DNA of 64,000 nt from Lama guanicoe (lineage: Eukaryota): contig MU053754.1 of assembly GCA_013239625.1 (NCBI GenBank), positions 617,379 to 681,378 of the forward strand, in the 5' to 3' direction. Made by a program: the position numbers and the translations under genes. Positions 24,609 through 37,210 of this stretch are shown here, piece by piece; position 1 is the first letter of the stretch, and each line of letters starts with the position of its first letter. The notes beneath the pieces were generated by a model. It searched no databases, was not told where the DNA came from, and saw only the letters and a program-made list of their open reading frames with translations.

Positions 24609-25989
24609 CTCCTGTACATAGTCTTCTGATGGTTCCTTCATTCTTTGTTTCTGTGAGTGATGAGGCCTTTCTTCCCTTGGCTCAGCAATCATTCTTCTTT
24701 AAATCTCAACACAGTACTTTTATCATCTTTTCCTTGAAGCTCTTTTTTAACAATTGGAATTCATGCTCTTAAAAAGTTGTTCTAAATTTAGCTAACATAT
24801 AGCTTTTGGGGGAATTTTTACTTCCATTTTCTTCCAGAATGGATTTAGGCGCCTTTCTGTCCCTCTGTCTCTCTAGCTCTCATTCCTTCATTCTGTCTGT
24901 CTCCCTGTCTCTGTCTCTCTCTCCAGATCTGGGGAGTGGAGGGTCTACTCCGTCTTGGAGGAGGCTTGCTCCCCGTGAGAATGTGGCCTGCAGCCTTGCC
25001 TTCCTGCCGAGCAGTCAGACTCACCTCTTGGTCCCTTTCCTTTCACCTTATCCCCCGGACCTTTTCTTTACAGCTTTCCAAATGCAGGAGTGTTACTGAG
25101 AATTCTCAACAAGTTACTGATGCTCAGGTATGTTCTCAGAGACATGGGAATAGACAAATAATTAGCAGTGAGTCTTGTTCTTTTCTCAAAGACTAGTTTA
25201 GTTTTTTTTTTTTTCCTTGTGTAGTACTTTTTGAAAGTTTGTGGTGTAGCTCTTGATAAATTCAGGAGGTGGTCAGTTTTCACTTTCTTTGGCATTTGCC
25301 ATTAGAATATAGGTAATTTATCACATGACTTCATTCTACTGTCTCTCCCTGGAAGGAAGGAATGGATACTGTGTAGATGTGAAGAATATTTTATGGATTT
25401 AATGCAGTTCTTACTAAACTCACCGTGTCCCAGACTGCATCCATTGTCTTCTCTGTCCTCCATCTGCTTTTCTTTTCCTTTTCTGATCTCACTTGGGGGA
25501 ATACTCTGTCTTAGTTATCCGGGAAAGCTGAACACCAAAAATATATAGATGCACTTTAAGAATCCAGAGGATTCAGACCCATTTTGTGCTAATTTTGGGA
25601 GTAAATCAGGGCAATGTTTAGGAGAGGGGTACTCAATGAGAAGTTGAATGTATTAGCTCTGTAATTCCAATATACAGTATACAATTGAGCAATGGACTTA
25701 GGACAGAAGGTATAAAAGTATTTTGCCAAAGTCATGAAAATGACGGGAGTGATTGCAAACCCGAGATTTCATAAGTTTATTACATTAATTTTTTAAATTT
25801 TAAAACATTATTTCTTAGAGTTTTTTTTTTTGGTAGAACATCAAAGTCATTTGAGTGACTCAAACATTAATTTCATAAGCGTTGAAAATACTATTTTGTT
25901 TTTTTGTTTTGTTTTTGATTTTTGTCTGGAGAAAGCTGACCACTAAGACGTCAGATTCACATCAGCAGTCCCCATTCAGACCCCGTTTT

Positions 25990-26530
25990 CTCCAGGGTTA
26001 TCAAAGGTCACCATCTAGCGGTGCCAAAGCCCGGACAGGAAGACCCGTTCTCGCTTGAGTCTTTCTTCCCCCTCAGTGACCCCTCCCCAGTACCCACCTA
26101 TCAATTATCCATCATTGTCCCCTCTGCGTTTTCTCAGGCTCTGTTTCCTATCTCTCAGGCCCGGGATATAGTTACCGGCTGATAGCCCAGCGGGGCCCCA
26201 GACTTGTTCTCTGCCAGCCCATTGTTCGAGCAGAGACCAGCAGCACTTTCTGGAATACAGCTCGGGTCCTTTCAGCATCTGCAGTGTGCGAGCCCGCGGC
26301 AGCTCCCATGGGCGTCCCGGAGAACCTCACGCCCCCGGTGCACCCAAGCCCTTCTGCAGAGGCAGCCTGGGTTCTCACCTTTGTCTGTCTTTCCCTTCCC
26401 GGAAAATCGCCTGCCTTTTGAGGGAGGAGTCCTGTTGGCTGCTGTATCCTCTGCACTTTGCACCCTGCGTGGTGCGTGCAATGTGCTCGGTGAATGTTGG
26501 GCAACCTCATGAATCACTGACTAGCTAACT
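25990..26530 (+). mobile_element. L2 remnant, GC-shifted
   Basis: tcaaaggtcaccatc...tgccaaagcc and 3' end ttgagggaggagtcctg...gctgtatcctctgcac...gctcggtgaatgttgg. Confidence 0.5.
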
Positions 26531-26619
26531 GTCTGACTGGTAGGCCTGCAACTTTGGTGTTCCCGTTTGTTCACTCATGTAGTCCAGAGGTTTGCAGCTC
26601 GGCTTGATTTTGCTCCAAG

Positions 26620-27180
26620 TGATGCAGGAAAGCAGATGTGGGGAACGAGAAGGGCTGTGTCCCAGGTTGAGCCCCTGGGATGTGCCCCACCAAGTGTGGG
26701 TCCTTGGCTTCGCACAGAGAAGAATTCAAGAGCGAGCCACAGTTGAGTGAAGGTACATTTATTCACATACATTGAAAGGCAAGAGTAGGCCACCAAGTGT
26801 AGGGGTCGGGTGCTCAGATTAAAAGTAGGTAGGTACACACTCCACAGACAGAATGTGGGCCGTGTCCGAAGAGGGAGAGAGAGAAGGGGCGGCCATTAGG
26901 CGTGGTGTTGTCACTTTTTAGGGTCTCAGTAGCTTCACACACCTACAGGTGGGATCAATCCAACTGCCCTGGGGAGGGGGCTGGGATTCCCAGGGTTTGG
27001 GCTGCCACCCATTCTTTGGCCTTTTGCAGTTAGTCTTGGGGCTGTCATGATGCCTGCGGGCATGTAATTTGATCACGCTGTTACAATGAGCATATAATGA
27101 AGCTCAAAGTCTACTTACTAGAAGTTAAACCTCTTAATCCTCAAGGCCAACTAGGAGGTGACTCTTCCAGCATTTTGGTT
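26620..27180 (-). mobile_element. ERV1-class (MER41/LTR8-like) LTR
   Basis: gtccttggcttcgcacagagaagaattcaagagcgagcc...gtgaaggtacatttatt resembles antisense U5/R of ERV1 LTRs. Minus-strand AATAAA at 26758-26763; minus strand ends CA at 26620. The other end is uncertain. Confidence 0.65.
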
Positions 27181-27189
27181 GCTGTCATT

Positions 27190-27413
27190 CCTTGAGTGGC
27201 TGTGCCCTGTCCCCTTCCCTCCTCTCTCACAAGCAGCACTTGGCAGTATCTGCAGACGTTCTTGATGGTCACGGGTGGAGGGGGCGGGGATCATGGCATC
27301 AAGGGAGGGAGGCGGGGATGCTGCTGCGCAGCGAAGAGCGCGCGGGCCACTTCCTTACGACAGGGAGTCCCTTGGCCCGCGGTGTCAGTGCTGCCGGTGC
27401 AGAGAAGCCCCGG
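27190..27413 (+). mobile_element. MER20 DNA transposon, strongly GC-shifted
   Basis: cacttggcagtatctgcagacgttcttgatggtcac...tggcatc...gggatgctgct...ggccc...tgtcagtgctgcc...gagaagcccc; homologous to the copy at 60751-60941. Confidence 0.75.
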
Positions 27414-30400
27414 TACAGAGTAACTGTAACATCAAACCTGTCAGTGTTTAGTGCATTATGTTCACTTGTTAACCAGCAACAAAATAATTTCCTTAATTCC
27501 TTGTTAACCGTGTCTTTCCCAAACTTTAGAGATGATTGTTTACTAGAATTTTCAAAATGCAATCCGTTTTTTGATGCACAGTGGTGAGTGTGGAGAATTA
27601 ACATAAGTACTATATCAGTGTTCTAGTTTGCTCCCCTGCAAACACTGAAGTGCATCTCGACTTGTGTCCTCTGTTGCTTCTTTAGATTTACTAGCAAGAC
27701 GGATGCAGCATCCTTTTCATTTGTGAAGTACATTCATATTAAACTTATACAGAAATAGTTCTCACCCTAACAGTCTTCCTTTTAGGGGAACAGACTGGAT
27801 GTATTTGAGGATAATTAGTTTACAAGGTTGAGGGTTGCTCCATGATTTGGAATAGCACCACCAAGGCAGGGAGAAAAGTGGTTTCCATACCCTTGAACTT
27901 CAGTGCTCAGCTAAGACCCTAAACCAGCAGCTGAGTTCAGAGTAATGGGTTTGCTTGCAGCAGTGGAGTGCCACAGCTTTGTCCCGTTTATCCACTGTGA
28001 GTGAGAATTAGCCGGCTGGGAGCCACCGGAGCAGCAGCTGGAGGGGGAATCTGTGAGCGTTAACAACGCATGGGTGACTTATCGCCAGCTGCTCAAAGTC
28101 GTGTGTCTGTGCAAACCAGGGACCCCTGACGGACAGCTTTGCTCCAAACAGAAAGTCTTACAAGGGTCACCTCTGCAAATAAGCGGGCCAGGAGGATTTG
28201 GGACTTATTTTCTCTGAGAGCCAAACAAAATGTAATTGCATGATGGTTTGCTGACTTCCAGTACTGATTCAGGGGGGCTCCAGTTCCTCTGAGAGTGGAG
28301 TGGTGATGGGGTGATTGCTGGGAGTACTCCAGTCCAGCTGTTGGGGAGAGGACTTCATTCATGGTTTATTTATGTACCTTGGTATGAATTCACCCTCCTG
28401 GATTCTCCTGGCTTCTTCTCTTTGATTACGAAACCACCAGCAAGTTGGTAGAGTGGTTTCAGCCATTAGCCAGTTTTGCGGCTTAACTAGGCGTTCAGAA
28501 CGTAAATAGTTAAGATGTGGCTACAGTTTCGTGCTGTTGGGTCATGACTGATGAGAAGATAGCTAGGTAACTCGCTGAAACACTCTGTGCAGCGGTGTGG
28601 ACTTCCCTACGTACAGGCAGACGTGTACATGAGTATCTGGAGAAGAGCTGGCCTCACGTTTCTTTGCTGCTGCTGGTTTTCGTGAACTGCCCTGGAGTTG
28701 GTCGATGCTTTCCCCGTGTACCATACAGAGAGAGAAGCAGCGTTAACCTGATCTGCTGACAAAACAGTGCACTGCCCGTGTTGTGGCTACTTCCTGGGGT
28801 CCCCGCTCTTCTGCATAGATCATACTTGAAAACATGAAAGTGTAGTCTGAGTCCTGCTGCTCTTCTGTTCATTACTTTGAGCAGAAAGATAGATGATCTC
28901 CAGTGGATGGCGTGGACCAGTGTGGGGAGACTGTGGGTGGTGTGGTCATTAAAGCTCTGAACGCTGCACCGTTTGGGAAGTCATTAGAGCAGTACGTGGA
29001 GGAGACTTTGTCAGGCCTGATTGCCACAGCTGCTTTGATTTATATGAGGAAACGCTTGTCCAGCATGATGGAGAAGGCAGACAGAATGCCGTCTCTGGAA
29101 GTCTCATGGTGTGGTTTCTTCTCCTTCTTCAGAAGGGAGCTAAATCCCACTATTTCTTAAAATGGAGCAAGAGGAACGTAGGCAAAGCTGAAAATATGGT
29201 AGCAGGTTATCTGAGAAGGGCTGGGTCTACACCAGTTTTTTAATTGCACCATGTGTTTTAATTTCTTGAGTCTGAAAAAAGTTTTGGGAGAAAAGCAACT
29301 GTTGGCTAAGGGTTAAGGAGTGAATCCAGACGGAAGCCTCCATCCAGTTACCGCCATCTTGTTGACTAAATCGGTGTGCACCCATCGTAATCACAGGTTG
29401 GGTATCAAACCAGCCACGGTTAGGAGTTGGGAGAGTGCTATGTGGAAAGGAAAGATCAAAGAGGGAAGCACAGAAGTTGCAGTGGTGGGGGGGTCAGGTT
29501 GTTAAAATGCAGCAAACATTTACACATGAGATATTTAAGTTAGTCATTAGAACACCAGAGCTCTCGAAGCTTCTCTGTCATAGTTAATGGAAGATTACCT
29601 TTCCCATGCCATTTCAAGTGCCCAACACTTGTTGAAGGAGAACGGAACTGATTTTGCACCTTGCAGCAGTTTTGAGAAATAGAACAGAGCCCAACATGTT
29701 AACGGTACTGAAGGGCGTAAACACTTGGCACACAGACAGGACGTGGTAGGTGCATTTCCAGGTGACTGGTAACATGCCCTTGAGTATCTGACTTGTTGGT
29801 AGAGCCAGTTTCTTGGTCTCTGAAACATTGTTTCTTTCCCTCAGTTGGTCAGTTAATCCTCAGTGTAAGTTCAGTCCCCTTCTATGGGTAGGACCATGGT
29901 GGTACCTAGTAGCGGCAAGTCCCGATCAACTAGTCTAACTCTGGTTTTGCACAAATTATGTAATAACCAGATTCCGTCATGCCCCTCTCTGGCGACAGGC
30001 CACCTGCCTTTTCTGGTTCTGTGACCAGATCCATGCTCTATGCCCTCAGTATCCTGCCCGAAACCCTTAACTCCTAGAAGCTGGAAGTCTCCCAGATCTT
30101 GCTTTGAAGATGAGCAACCTAGTTAGCATCTTCTAGGTGTGTGTATCTGTTGTAAGCGCTTAGGGTGGTTGTCAAGGAAGGAGCAGTGGACCTCTCTGAA
30201 AGGTGCATTTGTGTTGCTCACATGCCTTTGGTGTTGAGTTTATTTCCTTGGAGAGGCGTTGGAGGCCACTCTTGGTGGTGGTGTTGTTGCTGGTGGGGAT
30301 TCCAAGGTCACTGCCTTGAGGCACAGTTGTTGGCTCTGTGAGCCATGTGCTGCTCCTGCCTGCCCGCGCCCTGGTCCACCTGCCCCTCTGCTGATTTGCA

Positions 30401-30479
30401 TTGGTGTATTGACCCCTGAGACCCTGAGTGCCTCTCCATCAAGTCATATTACTTGGTGCAGTCAAATGAGTCACGGTGG

Positions 30480-30665
30480 TGCACCAGACACTTAGCACAC
30501 CGTATCTACTTGGCCTCTGCAACAACTTCATCCGATTTAAAGTGTTATTCCCAGTTCACGTAAGAAGAAACTCAGAAGTTCAAAAGCCCAGCGTAGTTTG
30601 CATAAGTATTCAGTGGCAGCACCTGAATGACCTATTCCAAAACTGAAGGTTTTAATCTCGTGCTG
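30480..30665 (-). mobile_element. MIR SINE
   Basis: gcaccagacact...caacaac...gttattcccagttcacgtaagaagaaactcag...agtggcagcacctgaat. Confidence 0.55.
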
Positions 30666-31580
30666 ATCTGCTGCCCTACTGGATAACTCCTGTTGACTTT
30701 TCTTGTACACCTGGCTGGCTCTCTGCTTATCAGATATCTGTCTTCCCTTAGTTGCATTGGGCTTTGTTGGATTCGAGTTTTGAGCGACTCACCTTTTCCA
30801 AATGGGCAGGTTTAATTCCTAGGTCTTTTCCAATCTGTTATCACCTGTCCCACCACCGATTATCACACCATGCCGGGCAGAGTCCTGAGATACGAAGCAG
30901 TAAACTCTATTTCAATACCCAGAGGAGAGCAGGTTTCCAAAGTTCACTGTGATCTAGATTTTCACTTATATAGGTCTTTGGTACTCCCTCCAGAATCAGT
31001 ACACGTCTTCGTCCTTTTCCAGCTCTGTAATATTCCTGTCACACGTGGGGAAGCATATTAAGCCATTTTTCTTATTTCCTATAAATAACTCCTTAAGATT
31101 CTAACACATAGGAAAACTTCCCCAGTTTCATAAGGGTTTCATCAGATATAATCACACTCCAACACTTAACACCCTGTGGCTATGCAAGGTATCTTGTCAC
31201 TGAAGGTAAATAAAACTCCCCCAAATATTCAGCAGCGTTGTATATTGTCCTGGTGACGTGTTCATTAGATTCCGAACATTCCAGCAATCCCTTTGTAAGT
31301 GGCCGTTTGGAACTCAGAACATGTTTTCTCATATAAATGGTAAGTCCTAGGAAAATTCCTGGGAAGGTACATCAAAAACGACTAAATCCATACGCAGCTG
31401 TGCTAATGCTGAGGGAAGAGTTCATTTCATTCAGTTCCAGTAGGTAAACCATGTGTTCTGTGCATTAACATTATTTTAAACAAATGGAACCTACACCTTA
31501 AGTAGAAAATATTATTATATTTTAAACCACTTTGAATATGATACTCTCCTCGAACATATTTTAAATTCTTTCTTCCCAAC

Positions 31581-32316
31581 TTTTTTTTTCTTAATTGAAG
31601 TACAGTCAGTCACAACATGTCAATTTCTGGTGTACAGCACAGTGTCCCAGTCATGCATATACATACATATATATGTTTTCATATTCTTTTAAATTAAAAG
31701 TTATTATAAGATATTGCATATAGTTCCCTGTGCTATTCAGAAGAAACTTTTTAAAATCTATTTTTATATATAGTGGCTAACATTTGCAAATCTCAAACCC
31801 CCAGATTTATCCCTTCCCACCCTCTTTCCCCTGTAATCATAAGATTGTTTACTATGTCTGCGAGTCTGTTTTTATTTTGTAGGTGAGTTCATAGTATCTC
31901 CCCCCCCCCCTTTTTTTTTAAAGATTCCATCTGTGAGTGCTATCATACGGTATTTTTCTTTCTCTTTCTGGCTTACTTCACTTAGAATGATAAGCTCTGG
32001 GTCCATCCGTGTTGCTGCAAATGGTGTTAATTTATTCTTTTTTATGGCCGAGTAGTATTCCATTGTATAAATATACCACATCTTCTTTATCCAGTCATCT
32101 GTTGAAGGACATTTAAGTTGTTTTCATGTCCTGAGTATTGTAAATAGTGCTGCTGTGAACACTGGGGTACATGTACCTTTTTACATTAGAGTTCCCTCCA
32201 AATATATGCCCAGACATGGGATTGCTGGTTTTCCATAATGGCTGCACCAAACTCCGTTCCCACCAGCAGTATAGGAGTGTTCCCTTTTCTCCATACCCTC
32301 TCCAGCATTTATCATT
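31581..32316 (-). mobile_element. 5'-truncated young L1, same subfamily as 10713-12070
   Basis: ORF pieces MWYIYTMEYYSAIKKNKLTPFAAT and [18 protein letters not shown]; 3' UTR near-identical to the first copy (aatctatttttatatatagtggctaacatttgcaaatctcaaac...); T-run at left. Confidence 0.96.
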
Positions 32317-34449
32317 CCATCCCGTCTTAATCAGCATGTTTTGAATGTGTTATAGTCAGGCCCCTCACATTTGGAGATACAAAAGATACTCATCTCGTTG
32401 AAGAAAAGTGTTGCTTAATAATTCTTTGTCTAAATTCTTTGAATTTGTTCTCATACTGAAGAGGAAATATACTAATCTGCCAGTGAAAAGTGTTCAGATA
32501 CAGTATATGATCTGTGTGTCGATCAGTGACAACATACCTTGAGTAGCTATGTGGTATTAAGAGTTGGAGTGCAACCCTTAGGGAACTGTGAAAGTTTGCC
32601 TAATGTGTTTGAATCTTATCATTTAAAAGGAATAGAACCATCTTTCCTCCTTTTTCAAATGAGTAGTTTAAAACATTTCTAGTGAATAAGGGCTAATACA
32701 ACTTAATGCTACACTCTGACCTCATCTCCTGTTGTAACTTGGTGGAATCATACTTATTAGCATGGTGATATATCAGAGTATTAATCTGGGTAAATTTTGA
32801 GGATGATTTTGCTGTACTCTGATCTCAAAAGATGTTAAAATGCAAAATAGGGAGTTTTATTGCATTTGCTAAATTAATGCATTCCCCTCTCCCCACCCCA
32901 GGAAAGCTTAAGTAACTTTTAAGGACATTTAAAGTGTATAGCCATTAGACATTCCACCTTTTTATTCCATGATCAGACCAGGTGAATTTTCAAATGATTT
33001 AAATTTTGCTTCCTCTCCCATCTTTGCCTCATGTAGTGCCTTGAGAGACGTCTTCCCCACGAAAACCATCTTGTAGTTGCTATGAGCACAGCTGTGTGAC
33101 TTGGTACATGATCGATAGCCAAGAAGCCTTGTTTATTTCTTCTCCAGCTGTCACTTTTATTTTTTTTTAACATTGGCATCTTTTTTTTTTTGTGCCTGTA
33201 CTGAACTGGATCCACATTTCATAAGAGCCAGCAAGACAGAAAAAAAAAAAAAGGCTTCAGAAGAGTTCTTGGGCAGGGGGATTTGCTGTGGCCAAACTGA
33301 GTAATACACTGTGTAAAGAACTCTGTACTTTGTCAAGTGTCTAAAGGTCCTCAGTGCAGAATTACACAACCACACGAGCTGGCTGCATCTGCAATTGTAT
33401 GACTATAACAAACTCCCCTATTTGGGGCGTTCAGTGACTAATGTTAGGTCTATAGATAATGCAGAATCTTCCAAGTAAACAGGTCAGTGGTCACCAGTGA
33501 CTGAATCATGCAACTTAAGGTTAATTTTTATCCTGGCATACTAAGGTGTACGTAATTGTGGAGTCTTGTGTAAAGATTTGTTTTACTAAACTGTGTGTTT
33601 TGATTTTTTTTAAATTATGAGCAACATTATCTTCCATGTGATTTTGGGGATCAGGAAGTTGAGTTAAGCATCATGAAGACAAAAGCAGAGGCAACAGTGC
33701 CCCTTCTGTGAACTGTGGATCAGGTCAGGTCAGCACCTTGTGATGAGTGAACTGCCCTCATTAAAAATGGAACTGAGCGTGTCTGGTGTGTCTTTCACCG
33801 CAGAGCTGGTAGGAGGAAGAAATGACAGGCATATGAAAATGCATCTTGAAACTAGAAGCTGAGAAAATACATTTAAAAATATTTGATAGTTATCTTTATT
33901 TGTGTGGGTGCGCCTGCTGCAAACTAAAGCTGGTACGTTTAAACACGCCTGAGGAAAAGCCATAGCAATGAGATAAAAAATTACCTGTGGGGCGAGCCCT
34001 GGGAATCTGAAGATGCTGGGAGGGACCGTAAGATGTAGAGATAAATAGAATAATATGAAACAGAAAGAGCCCACAAGTCAATACTTCGATACAAATTGGA
34101 AAAAATTGGGTGTGGTGACCACTGGTGACAGGGCAGGGATAATGAGGGAGTGAGGACGTGATCATCGCTCCAGGTTTCAGAGGGGAAGCCGGCTGAGGGT
34201 GGAAGACAGCCAGGGCTCTCCTTGGAAGATGAAGCTGGACTTCAGCCTCTAGGGATGGATTCGGTCTGTGAATTCAGGGCAGGTAGATGGCCATCCGCAG
34301 AAGGGGAAATAGCAAAACCCAGTTGGCGTGTGCGGGACCTGATGGAGGCTTCCCCGGCCGAAATGGGGTGCTCCTGCGTCCTCACGATCGGGTCCTCAGA
34401 GGGGTCCTTTGGCCATGGAGGAGACGCCGATCCCTGGGCACTGGTGTCC

Positions 34450-34620
34450 ATACTGCACAACCTTGTGCGGCTTAATCCCCACTGAGACCCTGAGACTCCA
34501 CTTTTTAGCTGCTCTTCACAGATTTGGACACTGAGGAAAAAGATAACAAATACGTTCAACAGCACACAGTTAGTGGGGCTTTGCAGGGAGCCTGGTCCGC
34601 CTCCAAATCTCCACCGTTTG
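34450..34620 (-). mobile_element. MIR fragment
   Basis: ttaatccccac...accctgaga...ttcacagatttggacactgagg...cacacagttagt. Confidence 0.45.
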
Positions 34621-37014
34621 CACAACGTTGTTGTAGCTGCTTGGCTTCTCAGGGGTACCCGGCTGGTCCACATGGCAGGGTCGGCCTCGAACTTGGTTTT
34701 CCGCCTTGAATTCCGGCACCTCTGTGTTACGATGCCTTGAATGGCATGATGTAGGTCTTCTCAGTTGGCCAAGTAGGTTCACAGATCTCGGTCTCATCTC
34801 ATTTTACAAAACGAAACATCTCCCGGGGAGTTGGATCAGATTAAAGGCACACACGAGAGAGAGGAGAGAAAGAATCCAGCTCTCTCATGGGGCTGCGAGG
34901 GGCCTCGCCACTGGTCGAGTTTGATATTTTTGACCCAGATCTTCTGACCCTGTAGCCCTTGCTCATTCTACGGTGTCGATTTGTTTTGAAATCAATGATT
35001 TTGTGTTGCTTTATTTGGAATCTTGACTTGTGCTCACTCTCTTTGATAAAATCAAGAAAGTGTCAGATACCAACAGAGAAACCGGGAGGCATGTATAAAG
35101 ATACGCCAAAGTCACTTTAAACATAGCAGGTGAAATCGTTTACAGTAGACTGTAGGATTTACTAACAAAACATACAGAGCAGGTGCAGACGGGAGAGAGG
35201 AAGGCTACTGGACGCTAGGCAGTAAGAGCGTGACTGATTCAGGCATCGCAGTGCTTGTGATGGGCGTAATTTGTGTACTTGTGTTGTACCACAACATACT
35301 TACCACAGTGTTCCAAAGGCTTGATTTTCACAAACTTCAAACATGCCCTTTTACTTTACATGTGAATTTTTCAAAAGACATGACATCCTATGATTTTGGC
35401 AGGGCGGTGAAAACTCCTTTGTTGTTGAAGAAGTGACTATGCAGAAATCCGACAACCTCCAATCTGTTTCTTCTGGGGATTTTGAAATCTTTGCCTCACA
35501 TTGCTCTGACAATCATCTGTGTCTCTGTGTGAATCTCAATCTCATCTTAGGTACCTGCGCCTTCTGAAAATTGCAGTCATGTCTGAGATCCTAGGATATT
35601 ACAAAGCAGAACCCAGTTTAATGACTTCATCTTTTTTTTCACACTTTTCAGAATTTGTTTCTGCTTGCCCCATCATTCCTGATCTTGCCAACGTTTACCA
35701 GAACTAAAATATATTTATTTGCATTATTGATTCCTTATAGAAATAGATTCTTTAAATCCAAACCTGAAGATCTGAAAGAAGAAGGTCTGTGAATAAGTTG
35801 AGTAGGTGGGTTTCAGTTTCTCAGTGATCCTAAAATGCGAACGAGTGATTCCTTCCTCATCTTGTTCCAGGCTGCCTGAACCTCTGTGAACCCCTAAGAG
35901 AGCAGGCACCTGTGTACATATCAGCAGGGAGATTTCAAAGAGCAGGCAGAGCTCAGCATCGAGGTTTCCCTTGCGTTTCCAAAGGCGTCCTAAGGGTATG
36001 ATTATTGTACCCAAATCTAATTTTCCCTCAAGGTCAACAGTTAGGAACATTTTTATCTCCCATTCTTTCCGAACTAGGAGTACTGTCACATACTGTTTTC
36101 TTTTGGATTGGTTTATTTTTAAGATACTATTATTCAATGCGCCTTGGTTAAACAATTTTAGATTGACCATAAGATTGAAATTGTATTCATTGAAACATTG
36201 ACTGAAAAAGACTTTTAACCCATGAATAAAATTTAATTTGGTTCTCAACTGTCATGCTGACTTCGCCGGGGGTTTTAAATGGTCTCAATTTGACTTGGCA
36301 TAGTATATTTTATTCCCTATACACCAATGTCCTTTGTGCAGTAATTCAAGACAGTGAGCCCTGTTATAGTACCTAATGCTAAAACTGTTTTTTGGGGATT
36401 TTTTTTTCCATTTTGTACAAGGACTTTGTTTTCACTGATGCCTGTTCTAAACTGACAGAATATCTAAATTTTTAATCACTGGAATCAGTGTAATGTCTGA
36501 CTCCCAAGTAGAGCAAAACCTTTGAGAAGAAATAACCAACATTAAAGCAGATCATAGACTTGCTAAGGAGAAGGTAGAAATTTTTACTATTAAAATTCTT
36601 AAAAATACTAAATTTTCCTTGCAAAAAAAAGCTATCATAGCCTTCTCTAAGATTGTTTCTTACAGAAAAGAAAATACTCTGGGAAGTTAACTGTTCACTG
36701 ACACCAAATTATTGCGTTTTTTTTTTTTCCAACTCGATTTGAAGGAAGAAGTTGAAAGGAAGTTGCCTTTCGTTGTTTGTACACTGTCACTGCACACGGC
36801 ATAGGCAGAATCCACATGAGAAAAAGAAACATGTAAACATGTATCTGCACTGTATCAGAGTTCATCTTCAAGACAGTTTATGCAATTCCCTTTGAAAGTC
36901 TGATACTTTAAACTTGAAGTTGCAGTGTTTCAGCATCAAAATGGTCACAGGAGTGTCAAAATTACTCCTCATTTTCTTCCATTCACATCACCTTCTTGGG
37001 TCCTTGGTATGTAC

Positions 37015-37210
37015 CAGGGGTCAGCAAACCACAGCCCTTTGCCAAATTCAGTCCACTGCTGGTTTTATTGACAGTCGTAGAGGGTCACTCGTTACGTATT
37101 GTCTCTCCTGCTTTTGGCGCAGTGGCGGGGATGCAGAGCTGCCCAGGCTGCCTGCAAAGACAGACGCCTTTCCGTCTCAGCCTTTGCTGACAGTGTGCCG
37201 CAGGGCCCTG
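37015..37210 (+). mobile_element. MER58A-like hAT-Charlie element
   Basis: Starts caggggtcagcaaaccacagccc...gccaaattcagtccactgc; ttacgtattgtct...ctgcttt; ends ccctg. Confidence 0.75.

Noticed and set aside
31250..31400. Possible Tigger-like fragment
   Set aside because: Similarity to remembered consensus too short to assign.
35724..36248. 174-aa minus-strand ORF in AT-rich sequence
   Set aside because: Long for its base composition, but it has a TTG start and no recognisable motif. A BLASTP search would settle it.
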